From NCBI GenBank assembly GCA_949841045.1, contig CATKXS010000002.1:30246-94245 (forward strand): a stretch of 64,000 nt of DNA. Direction: 5' to 3'. The notes below the pieces were generated by a model that worked only from the letters and a program-made list of their open reading frames with translations, was not told the origin of the DNA and made no database searches. The number at the start of each line of letters is the position of its first letter. The stretch's first letter is position 1. Both the position numbers and the translations under genes were made by a program. Below are positions 28,072 to 36,622 of this stretch, one piece after another. Source of the stretch: an uncultured Clostridia bacterium (lineage in GTDB: Bacteria > Bacillota > Clostridia > Christensenellales > UBA1242).

Positions 28072-29478
28072 TTAATGAGACAATTTTTCTTTAGATTTAT
28101 TAAAGTAAACATAACATCCTTTATCTTTTGGGCAGATTTTCAGCGCTTCTGAAAACTCTTTTGTCGCGTCTTCATATCTGCCTTCATCATACAAAGTCAC
28201 ACCATGCTCAAAGTAATATTTTGATTTGATAAGTTGAGACGAAATCTCTTTTGGATTAAATTCAAAATCCTCAAAGATTATAATATCCCCGCCTTCTTTA
28301 CCAGAAATCTTCCCAATATGTCTATATAAAAATTTATAATTAAGTGGGAGACTGTCTAGAAGGGATTTCGTAAACACAATCTTTGCTGACATGAATTTAC
28401 AAACCTCGTCAAGACGAGTTAATGAAGAAGAAACATTTGAAATAATTGAAGGAATTTTTCTTTCCTCTTCTCCTACTATTCCAAATATAACCTCACCTGT
28501 CATAATCGAAATTCTCTGACCAACATTAGGCAAATTTTTGTTTTGTCTGTTCTTGATTGAAATCGCCCTTGAGATTGCATGCGCGCAATCTATTGCGTAT
28601 TCTGCCTTAGCAAATACTGCCGTAAGTCCTTCGCTGTTATATCTATCTATAAACCCACCAAATTTGCGAATGAGCGGAGAAATTATATGCATATAGGAAT
28701 TAATAAAATTAAAGTTTTCTTCAAGTGACATTCTTTCGTTTTCTTCAAGGCCTAAAAGTTTTACAAGCATAACGGTGGCATTCTTTTTAACTTGATTTCC
28801 CAGCTCAAGTTCTGCAATACTATTTTTGCCAAGAAATTTAAAAAATTGTCTTGGAATAAATTTTTGAGCCTCTAAATTCACAGTCTTTAAAGACTTATCT
28901 TTGCTTTGATAATTGTAGTTAATTTTATTAAGGCTGTGTTCTATTGAATTAAACTGCTTTCCTCCACCAATTTTAAGCCTCTCATCTTTCACCTTTCCAT
29001 CACCAAGTCTTGACACAATTTTTTCTACGCGTGCAATAGGTTTACAAAGCACAAAGCAGTTGAAAAATAATAGTAGTATAAAAATCAAGGTTATAAGAAT
29101 TGCCCACAAAATTGTATTATAAAGATTGTCAGGCGAAATATTTAAAATTGTCTTAACTGAGTTTGCTGTGGCATTATTAAAGTTTGTAAGACCAGCAAGC
29201 AAGAACATTGAAAGCCCATATAGAACAATAAGAGGCAGTGACGAGAAAAATATAGCCTTATCGACAGGTTGCGACATGATAAATTTGATATAAAGTATAA
29301 TTAGTAAAACAATGGTTATAACGCCAAGCACAATTCCGATTATGCCTTGAGTGTCAAACTTTAACAAGAACCCCTTATCTGAAGGGACAATTCCTTTAAT
29401 CACAGATTTCCCAAGCACTAACGTTGGGACTAAAAACAAAATAAATAAAGCTAAAATAATTTTTGTCGACCTTTTCAT
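28072..29478 (-). CDS. membrane protein with a degenerate class III adenylate/guanylate cyclase-like domain and a C-terminal TPR-like segment
   Basis: About 6 TM segments. Then NATVMLVKLLGLE...FINSYMHIISPLIRKFGGFIDRYNSEGLTAVF...RISIMTGEVIFGIVGEE...SSSLTRLDE follows the cyclase homology domain pattern, but the metal-binding Asp positions and the GD and VN.A.R motifs are substituted. Start chosen at MKRSTK (29478). Confidence 0.5.
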   Translation of the reverse strand: MKRSTKIILALFILFLVPTLVLGKSVIKGIVPSDKGFLLKFDTQGIIGIVLGVITIVLLIILYIKFIMSQPVDKAIFFSSLPLIVLYGLSMFLLAGLTNFNNATANSVKTILNISPDNLYNTILWAILITLIFILLLFFNCFVLCKPIARVEKIVSRLGDGKVKDERLKIGGGKQFNSIEHSLNKINYNYQSKDKSLKTVNLEAQKFIPRQFFKFLGKNSIAELELGNQVKKNATVMLVKLLGLEENERMSLEENFNFINSYMHIISPLIRKFGGFIDRYNSEGLTAVFAKAEYAIDCAHAISRAISIKNRQNKNLPNVGQRISIMTGEVIFGIVGEEERKIPSIISNVSSSLTRLDEVCKFMSAKIVFTKSLLDSLPLNYKFLYRHIGKISGKEGGDIIIFEDFEFNPKEISSQLIKSKYYFEHGVTLYDEGRYEDATKEFSEALKICPKDKGCYVYFNKSKEKLSH

Positions 29479-29564
29479 GGATTTATTTTTTGCAAAAGGT
29501 AAAAATGTATACATTTTGAATAAATAACACTTTTTAGTGCAAGATATTTCTAATGGAGGAAAAA

Positions 29565-30017
29565 ATGGAAAATACAAAAAATAAAGAGATAATCACTGAA
29601 TATATGAACGCTGTTTATCAAAATATTAGGACAGCAATTCAGTCAATTGAAGACATCATGTCAAAAGTAAAAGATGATGAATTCAAAAAAGAACTTGCAT
29701 CAGAAGAAGACAAATATCTTGTTCTTGAAAAAGAATGTGAACTTCTAGCCAGAGCTGAAAAAATTGATGGCATAAAGGATAATAACTGGTTTGAAAAGGC
29801 AAGACTGTGGAGTTCAATAAACATTTCAACTATGACAGATAAGACTACAAGACATATCGCCGAACTCATGCTTATCGGTACTTTTATGGGCGTATTAACC
29901 TGCTACAAAGACAGAGCTGACCACAAAAACATCTCTACTGAACTTGATGAAATTCTTGACAGACTTCTTACCCTTGAAAGAACAAACATTGACGCTCTTC
30001 TTCCTTTCTTAAACTAA
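29565..30017 (+). CDS. hypothetical helical protein (150 aa)
   Basis: ORF track. Start placed at ATG 29565, which follows GGAGG. No recognised motif. Confidence 0.55.
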   Translation: MENTKNKEIITEYMNAVYQNIRTAIQSIEDIMSKVKDDEFKKELASEEDKYLVLEKECELLARAEKIDGIKDNNWFEKARLWSSINISTMTDKTTRHIAELMLIGTFMGVLTCYKDRADHKNISTELDEILDRLLTLERTNIDALLPFLN

Positions 30018-30868
30018 CCAATAATATCTTTAAATTTGGTGTCTAGCGAAAACTTGATTGAAAGGAGTTTGATTTTGTTTTCATCAAACATTCTAACCTT
30101 TCCGTCCTCACTCTCGAGTACGAATATAGTAAATCTATTAAGTTCAATTCGCTTAAGCACTTGTGCGAGCGTAACATCATCTTTTATCATGTAGAAAAAA
30201 GGCTTAGAAAAATTCTTGGTCTTTTTTTTATAGATTGCTATAGGCTTATATTTACTTTCAGACTTACCATCTATTATTCCCAAAATCAAGAACACCGCAC
30301 AAAAACAAAAAGAAGGATTGAAATTATAAAACAAGCTTATCGTAAACATTGTAAGAAGCAAAGCTGAGATTAAGACATTTATAACAATAGAAATCTTAAC
30401 AGCTCGCTTTCTTGATGAAAACTTTGATACTGTTCCTACAAAAATACGTCCTCCGTCAAGCGGATAACATGGCAATAAATTAAAGAGTCCAAGCATAGCC
30501 GACTGAAAAACAAATTCTTGTGTGTAATTATAGCTTACTGGAAAAACCCACCACACCGCAACAGCAACAACGCAAAGAAGAATGTTTACAAAAGGTCCCG
30601 CAAGAGCAATAAGCACTTCATCTCTCTCTTCAAAAGCGCTTTCTTTATAGTTTAAGCAAACTCCATATGGCGCTAGGAAAAAGCTATCGAGTTTATACCC
30701 CAGCCTTTTTGCCATATAATAATGTCCAAATTCATGAGTCAAAACAACAGAACAAAAAAGAAAAAAGGAATGGATATTTCGTGTAAAAACAAACCATAAA
30801 AAAAGAAGGATAAAAGAAGGATGAATAGGCAAACGTTTTAATTTATCTTTTAATATCCGAGCGCCCAT
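30014..30868 (-). CDS. site-2 protease family (M50) zinc metallopeptidase, SpoIVFB-like
   Basis: HEFGHYYMAKRLG (HExxH inside a TM segment) and NLLPCYPLDGGRIF (NxxPxxxLDG), with a C-terminal soluble domain. Its size is close to SpoIVFB. Start chosen at MGARIL (30868) after AGGTG. Confidence 0.7.
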   Translation of the reverse strand: MGARILKDKLKRLPIHPSFILLFLWFVFTRNIHSFFLFCSVVLTHEFGHYYMAKRLGYKLDSFFLAPYGVCLNYKESAFEERDEVLIALAGPFVNILLCVVAVAVWWVFPVSYNYTQEFVFQSAMLGLFNLLPCYPLDGGRIFVGTVSKFSSRKRAVKISIVINVLISALLLTMFTISLFYNFNPSFCFCAVFLILGIIDGKSESKYKPIAIYKKKTKNFSKPFFYMIKDDVTLAQVLKRIELNRFTIFVLESEDGKVRMFDENKIKLLSIKFSLDTKFKDIIG

Positions 30869-31049
30869 AAAACACCTAAAATAATTTCGCTGATACATAA
30901 AAAGCCAAATATAGTATACATAAGTCCGCGTTTACTTAACTTAACTTTTACTTTTATTTGACTATATCTTTCTCCATAACTTTTTTGCCTATTTTCCATA
31001 TAAAAAAATATGCTGAAAATTCAGCATAAATTCCTATTTATATTGCTTT

Positions 31050-31730
31050 TTAAACTGCGTCATCAGTCGAATCAGCTTCAATCTTGGTAAATTCGCCATC
31101 TTTCAAAAAGTCTGGCAGTTCTTCATTAAACTCAAGGTCTTCAACATTTCTAAACAATGTGTCTTGACGCTCCTTGTCTTCCTCTTCTCTAATTGTCTTA
31201 ATACGTTCGAGCAGTTCTTCATAATCAGGTAAATCACTAAGATTTTTTACATCAAATCGTTTAAGGAAATTTTCAGTTGTTCCAAACATCAAAGGTTTGC
31301 CAACGGCATCTTTACGCCCCACAACCTCAATCATATTTTGGTCAATAAGAATTTGAACAGCATAATCAGAATTTACCCTTCTTATGTCCTCAATTTCAAG
31401 CTTTGTGATTGGTTGCTTATAAGCAATAATAGCAAGTGTTTCAAGTGCAGCTCTAGTAAGGGATTTTTCGCGAATAGGATTTAATACATCAGAAATATAA
31501 CTTGCATAATTTGGATTTGTTGCAAGTTGAACTTTGTTCTTATATTCTATGATATGTATTCCATTATCGCTACAATAAATGGATTTAAGTTCTTCCAAAG
31601 CTTTATTTAATTCTTTATTTGAAATTTCAAGTTTTTCTGCAATAAACTCTTTTTCGATTCCATCACCAGAAACAAAAAGAATTGAAAGTAGTACTTCTTT
31701 TAAATTAGTTACAGTGTCAATTTTACCCAT
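31050..31730 (-). CDS. scpB: segregation and condensation protein B
   Basis: LLSILFVSGDGI......ALETLAIIAYKQPITKLEIEDIRRVNSDYAVQILIDQNMIEVVGRKD..GKP..FGTT..FL, with an acidic C-terminus. Downstream of scpA. Confidence 0.9.
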   Translation of the reverse strand: MGKIDTVTNLKEVLLSILFVSGDGIEKEFIAEKLEISNKELNKALEELKSIYCSDNGIHIIEYKNKVQLATNPNYASYISDVLNPIREKSLTRAALETLAIIAYKQPITKLEIEDIRRVNSDYAVQILIDQNMIEVVGRKDAVGKPLMFGTTENFLKRFDVKNLSDLPDYEELLERIKTIREEEDKERQDTLFRNVEDLEFNEELPDFLKDGEFTKIEADSTDDAV

Positions 31731-31742
31731 AATTACCTCGTT

Positions 31743-32549
31743 TTACACAGCCTCTTCGTTTGATATAACATTAATCTGAGAAAAGATTCCTATTTGCTCT
31801 ACCCTAACATTTTGGAGTTTAAGTAGTTCTAAAAGTGCTAAGAAAACATTAATCATTTCACTCTTGGTCATATCGTTTGTAAATAATTCTTCAAAAGGAA
31901 ATCTCTTATGTTCTCTCGCATAGCCTCTGATTGAAACAATCTTATCAGCAACTGTAAATCTATCCTTTACAATCTTCTTTGGCTCTTCTTTTTGCTTTCC
32001 TCTCGCCTCTTGTCTTGCCAGAAGTCCAGCAAAGGCATCAAGAAGCTTGTCCAGAACCATGTCTTTAATAATAACTTTTACTTTTTCAGTTTCCTTACCA
32101 GGTCTGCGATAAAGTTTATTTATATTTTCTATTTCACGAAGTCTAACACCTGTCTCTTTAAATAGTTCATATTCTTTAAGACGTTGAAGTAAAAGAGCCT
32201 CACTATCCTCAACTTCAAGTTCATCTTCAGTCTCGACTGGCAACAAATGCTTTGATTTAATTTCTATAAGCGTTGCAGCAACAATTATAAACTCACTTGC
32301 TCTTTCCATATCAATACTGTCGAGGTCTTGCATATACTCAAGATATTGCTCTGTTATTTCAGCAAGTTTGACTGTCATAATATCCAGCTTTGAATCTTTA
32401 ATAAGATGCAAAAGAAGGTCAAGAGGGCCTTCAAAGTTGTCAAGCTTAAATCTCACACTTTCATCAACAAAAGAAAGTTGTTCTGTCCCAACAACTTGAC
32501 TTTCTTCATCTTGCATGATTTGGTCTGTATTTATATTTTCGTCTAACAT
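31743..32549 (-). CDS. scpA: segregation and condensation protein A
   Basis: FKLDNFEGPLDLLLHLIKDSKLDIMTVKLAEITEQYLEYM is the ScpA signature. The start is uncertain (32549 or 32516; the track gives 32588) and none has a clear RBS. Confidence 0.85.
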   Translation of the reverse strand: MLDENINTDQIMQDEESQVVGTEQLSFVDESVRFKLDNFEGPLDLLLHLIKDSKLDIMTVKLAEITEQYLEYMQDLDSIDMERASEFIIVAATLIEIKSKHLLPVETEDELEVEDSEALLLQRLKEYELFKETGVRLREIENINKLYRRPGKETEKVKVIIKDMVLDKLLDAFAGLLARQEARGKQKEEPKKIVKDRFTVADKIVSIRGYAREHKRFPFEELFTNDMTKSEMINVFLALLELLKLQNVRVEQIGIFSQINVISNEEAV

Positions 32550-32680
32550 ATACTCAAAAAGTATACAATATTTCAAAGCAAAAATCAATAAAAATATTAA
32601 ATTATATTTTTATATAAATAAAATTAATCAAATTATTCAAAAATTCGCCAAAATACTTTGAGATTGCGACATAATCTGAT

Positions 32681-33319
32681 ATGATAAATCTTGAAATGAC
32701 AAAAAAATCTTCTTCAATCCTTGTCAGCCTTGGACTTCTTGCAATAAGTCTTATTTTATTGCTTATATTCTTTATCTATCGAAATAGTACAAGCAGTTTT
32801 GACAGCACCATATTTTCTCTTCAAGCAAACAATATTGATATGCAAGTCGGTGATAAAAAGACAAATTATTTTTACCTTACTCATAAAGAAGCCTCTCTCG
32901 ATATAACCACGGAAGACAAAGAAATAATTTATGTCGATGAAGAAAAGATTATTGGTCTTAAGCCAGGTATTGCAAATGTTTCAATAAAAGCTTCACTTGA
33001 AAATGTTACCCTGTCGACAACAATAGTCGTAAAAGTTTTCAATGATGATTACTTAATTAAATTTGATATTTTAGAAGGCGGATATTTTAGCGATAATATA
33101 CTTTGCCTTGAAAATGAAACCTGCCAATTCAAACTTAAGCTTTATGATAAATTAAATAGACAAGTAAGCGATGCTAACTTTAACATTTTACTATCAGGAA
33201 ACAGCGTTATTGACTATCAATTTGGAAATTACATAATCTGCTGTAAAGAAGATTGCTATATGCAAATTTCTGCAAACGAAAATATTAATTTCGCCTTCAA
33301 AATAAAACATGTTAAGTGA
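32681..33319 (+). CDS. membrane-anchored hypothetical protein, possibly with a bacterial Ig-like (Big_2-type) domain
   Basis: N-terminal TM helix. IIGLKPGIANVSIKAS resembles the Big_2 motif. 212 aa. Confidence 0.5.
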   Translation: MINLEMTKKSSSILVSLGLLAISLILLLIFFIYRNSTSSFDSTIFSLQANNIDMQVGDKKTNYFYLTHKEASLDITTEDKEIIYVDEEKIIGLKPGIANVSIKASLENVTLSTTIVVKVFNDDYLIKFDILEGGYFSDNILCLENETCQFKLKLYDKLNRQVSDANFNILLSGNSVIDYQFGNYIICCKEDCYMQISANENINFAFKIKHVK

Positions 33320-33331
33320 TAATATTGAATT

Positions 33332-33368
33332 AAAAAATCATCCGAATGGCTATAAACTTTGAAACTAG
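33332..33368 (+). repeat. left inverted-repeat arm of cassette B (AAAAAATCATCCGAATGGCTATAAACTTTGAAACTAG)
   Basis: Read directly. The partner is at 34497-34534. The inner 21 nt are nearly identical to 659-679. Confidence 0.75.
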
Positions 33369-33402
33369 CAAAAAATGAACTAAATTTATAGTTCATTTTT
33401 TG
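33369..33402. terminator. bidirectional intrinsic terminator hairpin
   Basis: An A-run, stem ATGAACTA (33375-33382) pairing with TAGTTCAT (33389-33396), then a T-run. It serves the convergent genes on both sides. Confidence 0.75.
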
Positions 33403-33452
33403 TTGAAATGCTAACAATAAAATATATCAAATTTTTCATGCTAAATTGAAAT

Positions 33453-34043
33453 TTAATTTTTATCAAAATTTTTATAAACAAATTTTACTATGACTTTATT
33501 GAGAAAATAAAACTCATAAGCGATAGCGATACTGCCTAATGCGCCGCCGATTACAATGGCTGCCATTATGCCTGCACCCATTTGAATGGGGTCAAGAAAT
33601 GAATGTATAAAATCTTGGGTAATAACGCCGTGAATTTGAGAAAATAAATAATAAATGGCAATAGGAATAATGGTAATCGGAACAAGTCGCAATTTACACT
33701 CTTGCATTGTTAAAAATAGTGTATATAACATAGAAAATAAAGGATTTAATAAATGTAGAAAGAGCATATTTCCGATGAACCCTTGTTGAAAAACTATCGA
33801 GCCAAGCATTACTATAATTAAAAGAGTTGACGGCATAAGAAACAATAAATGTGGTATCTTAATTTTTAGTAATACCAAAACTCCACTAACGAAATAAAAT
33901 ATTCCACTAAAAAAATTGCTAATGAAAGTAAGTTCTATTCCAAAACCTTGCCACTCAATACAGGGTAAGACAATAAACCAACACCCTAAAATAATAGCAC
34001 CTATACCAGAAATTAAATTAAAGATTTTATTTACTTCTTTCAT
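33453..34043 (-). CDS. polytopic membrane protein (196 aa), passenger of cassette B
   Basis: ORF track. About 6 hydrophobic segments. It has its own TTGATA-17-TATTAT promoter-like sequence and a GGAG RBS upstream. Confidence 0.65.
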   Translation of the reverse strand: MKEVNKIFNLISGIGAIILGCWFIVLPCIEWQGFGIELTFISNFFSGIFYFVSGVLVLLKIKIPHLLFLMPSTLLIIVMLGSIVFQQGFIGNMLFLHLLNPLFSMLYTLFLTMQECKLRLVPITIIPIAIYYLFSQIHGVITQDFIHSFLDPIQMGAGIMAAIVIGGALGSIAIAYEFYFLNKVIVKFVYKNFDKN

Positions 34044-34496
34044 ACATTACTCCAAAGTTAAATTATTATATATCTAATAAAAATTATAATATAATCTTCT
34101 TAAATTTGTATCAAAAATTACAAAAAAAATTATAAAAAATTAATACTTTGACATTTAGGCGTGTGCTTGTTTATACAAGTGCTGTCGCTTCGCTCCAGCA
34201 GACAAGCACACACCACCAAATCGATTTTGTTGCAAAAAAGCGAAAGTGTTGGCAGAGCATACACACTTCCGCTTTTTGCTTTTTGTTTTTTGTTTTCTTC
34301 TCTCAATTTTCTAGTGTAAGCGAATATTCTTTGTTGTCAAGGTCAATGCGAGTGTCTTATGAATTTTAGAATTGTTATGTACACGACAACCTGTGACAAC
34401 GGCAGAAATATTCGCTTTTTTGGCAGTTAAGAGAGAGTAAGGTAAAAAAGAAAGCATAGGTGTTTATTTTTCGCCTATGTTTCTAAAATAATTACG

Positions 34497-34534
34497 CTAG
34501 TTTCAAAATGGATAGACTAATGGATGATTTTTTT
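34497..34534 (-). repeat. right inverted-repeat arm of cassette B
   Basis: The reverse complement reads AAAAAAATCATCCATTAGTCTATCCATTTTGAAACTAG. Confidence 0.75.
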
Positions 34535-34578
34535 ATATTGAAGACTTTTGTTTGTAAACCGAAATCATTTAATCATTT

Positions 34579-35733
34579 TTACCATGTGGTAACTACTTTA
34601 TCAAAGCAGTCTTTAAGTGATACTTTGTCAAGTTTTGTCTTTGTAATTAAGTTAATTTCTTTAATAACATTTCCATCTTTTGAGATATAAATCTTTCCTA
34701 CCTTCTCACCTTTTGCAGTAGGCGCATTTACCTTTTTAGGATTATCGTAAGTTATTTCAAAACTTGATTTATCGCCTTTCTTAACAACAACTGAATATTC
34801 TTCCTCACCGCAAAGCTCAACTTCTTCCTGTTTACCTTTGTTTACCGGCAATGTGAGAAGCGTTTTATCAAGACTAACAAGCTCTCTGTTTTCAAAGTTT
34901 GCAAAGCCATAATTGAATAATTTTGAGCATTCATTAAATCTAGTTTGACTGTTTGGAGCACCAATAATTACAGAGATAAGCCTCATATTATTTCTTTTAG
35001 CTGACGCCGAAAGACAGCACCCAGCTTCATTTGTTGACCCTGTCTTTCCACTATCACAACCATCATAATATTTTACAAGACGGTTTGTATTAACAATTCC
35101 AGTCTTTCTTCCAGATGGGTGTACAATATCGTCCATCCAAATGGTGCTATATTTATGATAAATATCATGTTCTGCAACTGCTTTTAATACAACAGCGCAG
35201 TCTTTTGCACAAGAATATTGTTCAGGAGCAGGAAGTCCTGTGCAGTTAGAATAATTGGTATTTTTCATTCCAAGCTCTTTAGCTCTTTCATTCATCCTAG
35301 AAACAAAGACTTTTTCACTTCCGCTAATATGTTCAGCAAGAGCAACAGAAGCATCATTGGCCGATGCAATAATAACACTCTTTAAGAGGTCGCCCGCTTT
35401 ATATTCTACAAATGGGTCGATAAATACTTGGCTTCCGCCCATTCCTGAAGCATTTTCAGAAGTGGTGATAAGAGTCTCTTCTGTGAGATTTCCTCCCTCA
35501 ATTTCTTCAAGAGTGATAAGTATCGTCATCATCTTAACCATACTTGCAATTGGCAAATGTTCTTCGCTATTTTTTTCATACAGTATGTTTCCAGAAACAT
35601 AATCAACAAGGCATGCACTTTTACTTGCAAGGTCAATATCTTCATCAGCAAAAGCAATTGTTTGCATATTAGCACAAAATGTAGTAGCAAGTATGCATAG
35701 CATAATACTAAATATCAATATCTTTTTTAACAT
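34579..35733 (-). CDS. D-alanyl-D-alanine carboxypeptidase (low-molecular-weight PBP, S11 family)
   Basis: Signal/anchor sequence, SMVKMMT (SxxK), SANDAS (SxN) and KTGST (KTG). Start chosen at MLKKIL (35733), 9 nt after AAGGAG. Confidence 0.9.
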   Translation of the reverse strand: MLKKILIFSIMLCILATTFCANMQTIAFADEDIDLASKSACLVDYVSGNILYEKNSEEHLPIASMVKMMTILITLEEIEGGNLTEETLITTSENASGMGGSQVFIDPFVEYKAGDLLKSVIIASANDASVALAEHISGSEKVFVSRMNERAKELGMKNTNYSNCTGLPAPEQYSCAKDCAVVLKAVAEHDIYHKYSTIWMDDIVHPSGRKTGIVNTNRLVKYYDGCDSGKTGSTNEAGCCLSASAKRNNMRLISVIIGAPNSQTRFNECSKLFNYGFANFENRELVSLDKTLLTLPVNKGKQEEVELCGEEEYSVVVKKGDKSSFEITYDNPKKVNAPTAKGEKVGKIYISKDGNVIKEINLITKTKLDKVSLKDCFDKVVTTW

Positions 35734-35789
35734 AATAAAAATCTCCTTTCCTCTAGTTTTTGCGAAAGAAGATTTTTTATTCAAAAATT

Positions 35790-36404
35790 TTATATTACCA
35801 AAATAACCTTAGCACTAAAGAGAGCAACTAAAATTGTCTCAAGCACGCAAAGCAAAAGCAACATCACTAAAGTGCAGAGAATTAACTTAGATTTTTGTTT
35901 TGGCACTCTACACCCTCCAAAGCATTTATACTCTTTAAAGGTCTTTGACATAAGGCAATAAAATAGTCCAATAATTGCAAGAACCAAAAGTTGACAAGGA
36001 AGCGCTACAACGATTGCAACAATAACACCCGACAAACCATAAAAAACAATCATAAGACAAATATTAAGACCAAGAAGATAGGCTCGATAAACTAAAATTG
36101 CAATTGCCAGCGGACAAAGATAAATGGCATAAGAACAGCCAAATACAATTAAAGTTACAAAAAACATTGATAACAGTCTTGAAAAGAATGTAGTTGTAAG
36201 TGTTCCCGTCCTCACATCTACAATTCCATAGTTTTCAATACCTACAAAACTGGAGTGTGTACGAGCAGCAACTATCACGCCTGTAAGCAAAGCTATGATT
36301 AAAGCAACAGCAATACAAATGATTTTCAGTTTACACTCTTTCATCATATCAAGCGAGAAACCAGCCATTTCTCTAAATTGTCGATTTTTCATTTTATTTG
36401 TCAT
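35790..36404 (-). CDS. integral membrane protein, possibly stage II sporulation protein M-like
   Basis: 204 aa with 5-6 TM segments. A short cytosolic N-terminus then a TM helix, similar in architecture to SpoIIM/DUF95. Sequence similarity was only judged by eye. Confidence 0.35.
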   Translation of the reverse strand: MTNKMKNRQFREMAGFSLDMMKECKLKIICIAVALIIALLTGVIVAARTHSSFVGIENYGIVDVRTGTLTTTFFSRLLSMFFVTLIVFGCSYAIYLCPLAIAILVYRAYLLGLNICLMIVFYGLSGVIVAIVVALPCQLLVLAIIGLFYCLMSKTFKEYKCFGGCRVPKQKSKLILCTLVMLLLLCVLETILVALFSAKVILVI

Positions 36405-36622
36405 ACTTTAATCTATGAGAGATTTATAAAAAAAGAACTTTTTTCTAAACATATAATTAATTAAATAAAATTTTATTTAGCACTTAAACGTTTTTTTTGC
36501 AAATGAAAAAAGAAAACGTTCGATAAATCTCTCGTTGTTCTTGTATTTCTAAAGAAAACACTAACACTTTATTCATGATGTTCTTTTTCTAAAAAAAGCA
36601 ATTTAAAATTGCTTTTTACATA

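Larger units (their letters stand above)
33330..34534. mobile_element. candidate non-autonomous passenger-carrying element (cassette B) bounded by 37-38-bp inverted repeats and an 8-bp direct duplication
   Basis: Arms at 33332-33368 and 34497-34534 are identical at 29 of 37 aligned positions. ATATTGAA occurs at 33322-33329 and again at 34535-34542 in direct orientation. There is no transposase inside. Confidence 0.5.

Noticed and set aside
30850-30999. 49-codon ORF (MENRQKSYGERYSQIKVKVKLSKRGLMYTIFGFLCISEIILGVLWALGY) overlapping the start of the M50 protease gene; considered as a BofA/SpoIVFA-like partner
   Set aside because: There is no Shine-Dalgarno sequence, it is below any size I can support by composition alone, and it bears no resemblance to BofA. 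It may just be leader sequence.
33346-33381. 10-codon peptide ORF (ATGGCTATAAACTTTGAAACTAGCAAAAAATGA) within the cassette B left arm
   Set aside because: The near-identical copy at 657-690 has AGG instead of ATG and a different frame outcome. The conservation is therefore at the nucleotide level, not the peptide level, and there is no RBS.
34158-34214. Signal recognition particle (4.5S/scRNA) RNA, because of a long GC-rich hairpin containing GCUGGAGCGAAGCGACAGCAC
   Set aside because: The domain IV consensus (GGUCCGGAAGGAAGCAGC-like, with a GNRA-closed helix) cannot be formed. The apical sequence does not fold into the required helix-tetraloop.
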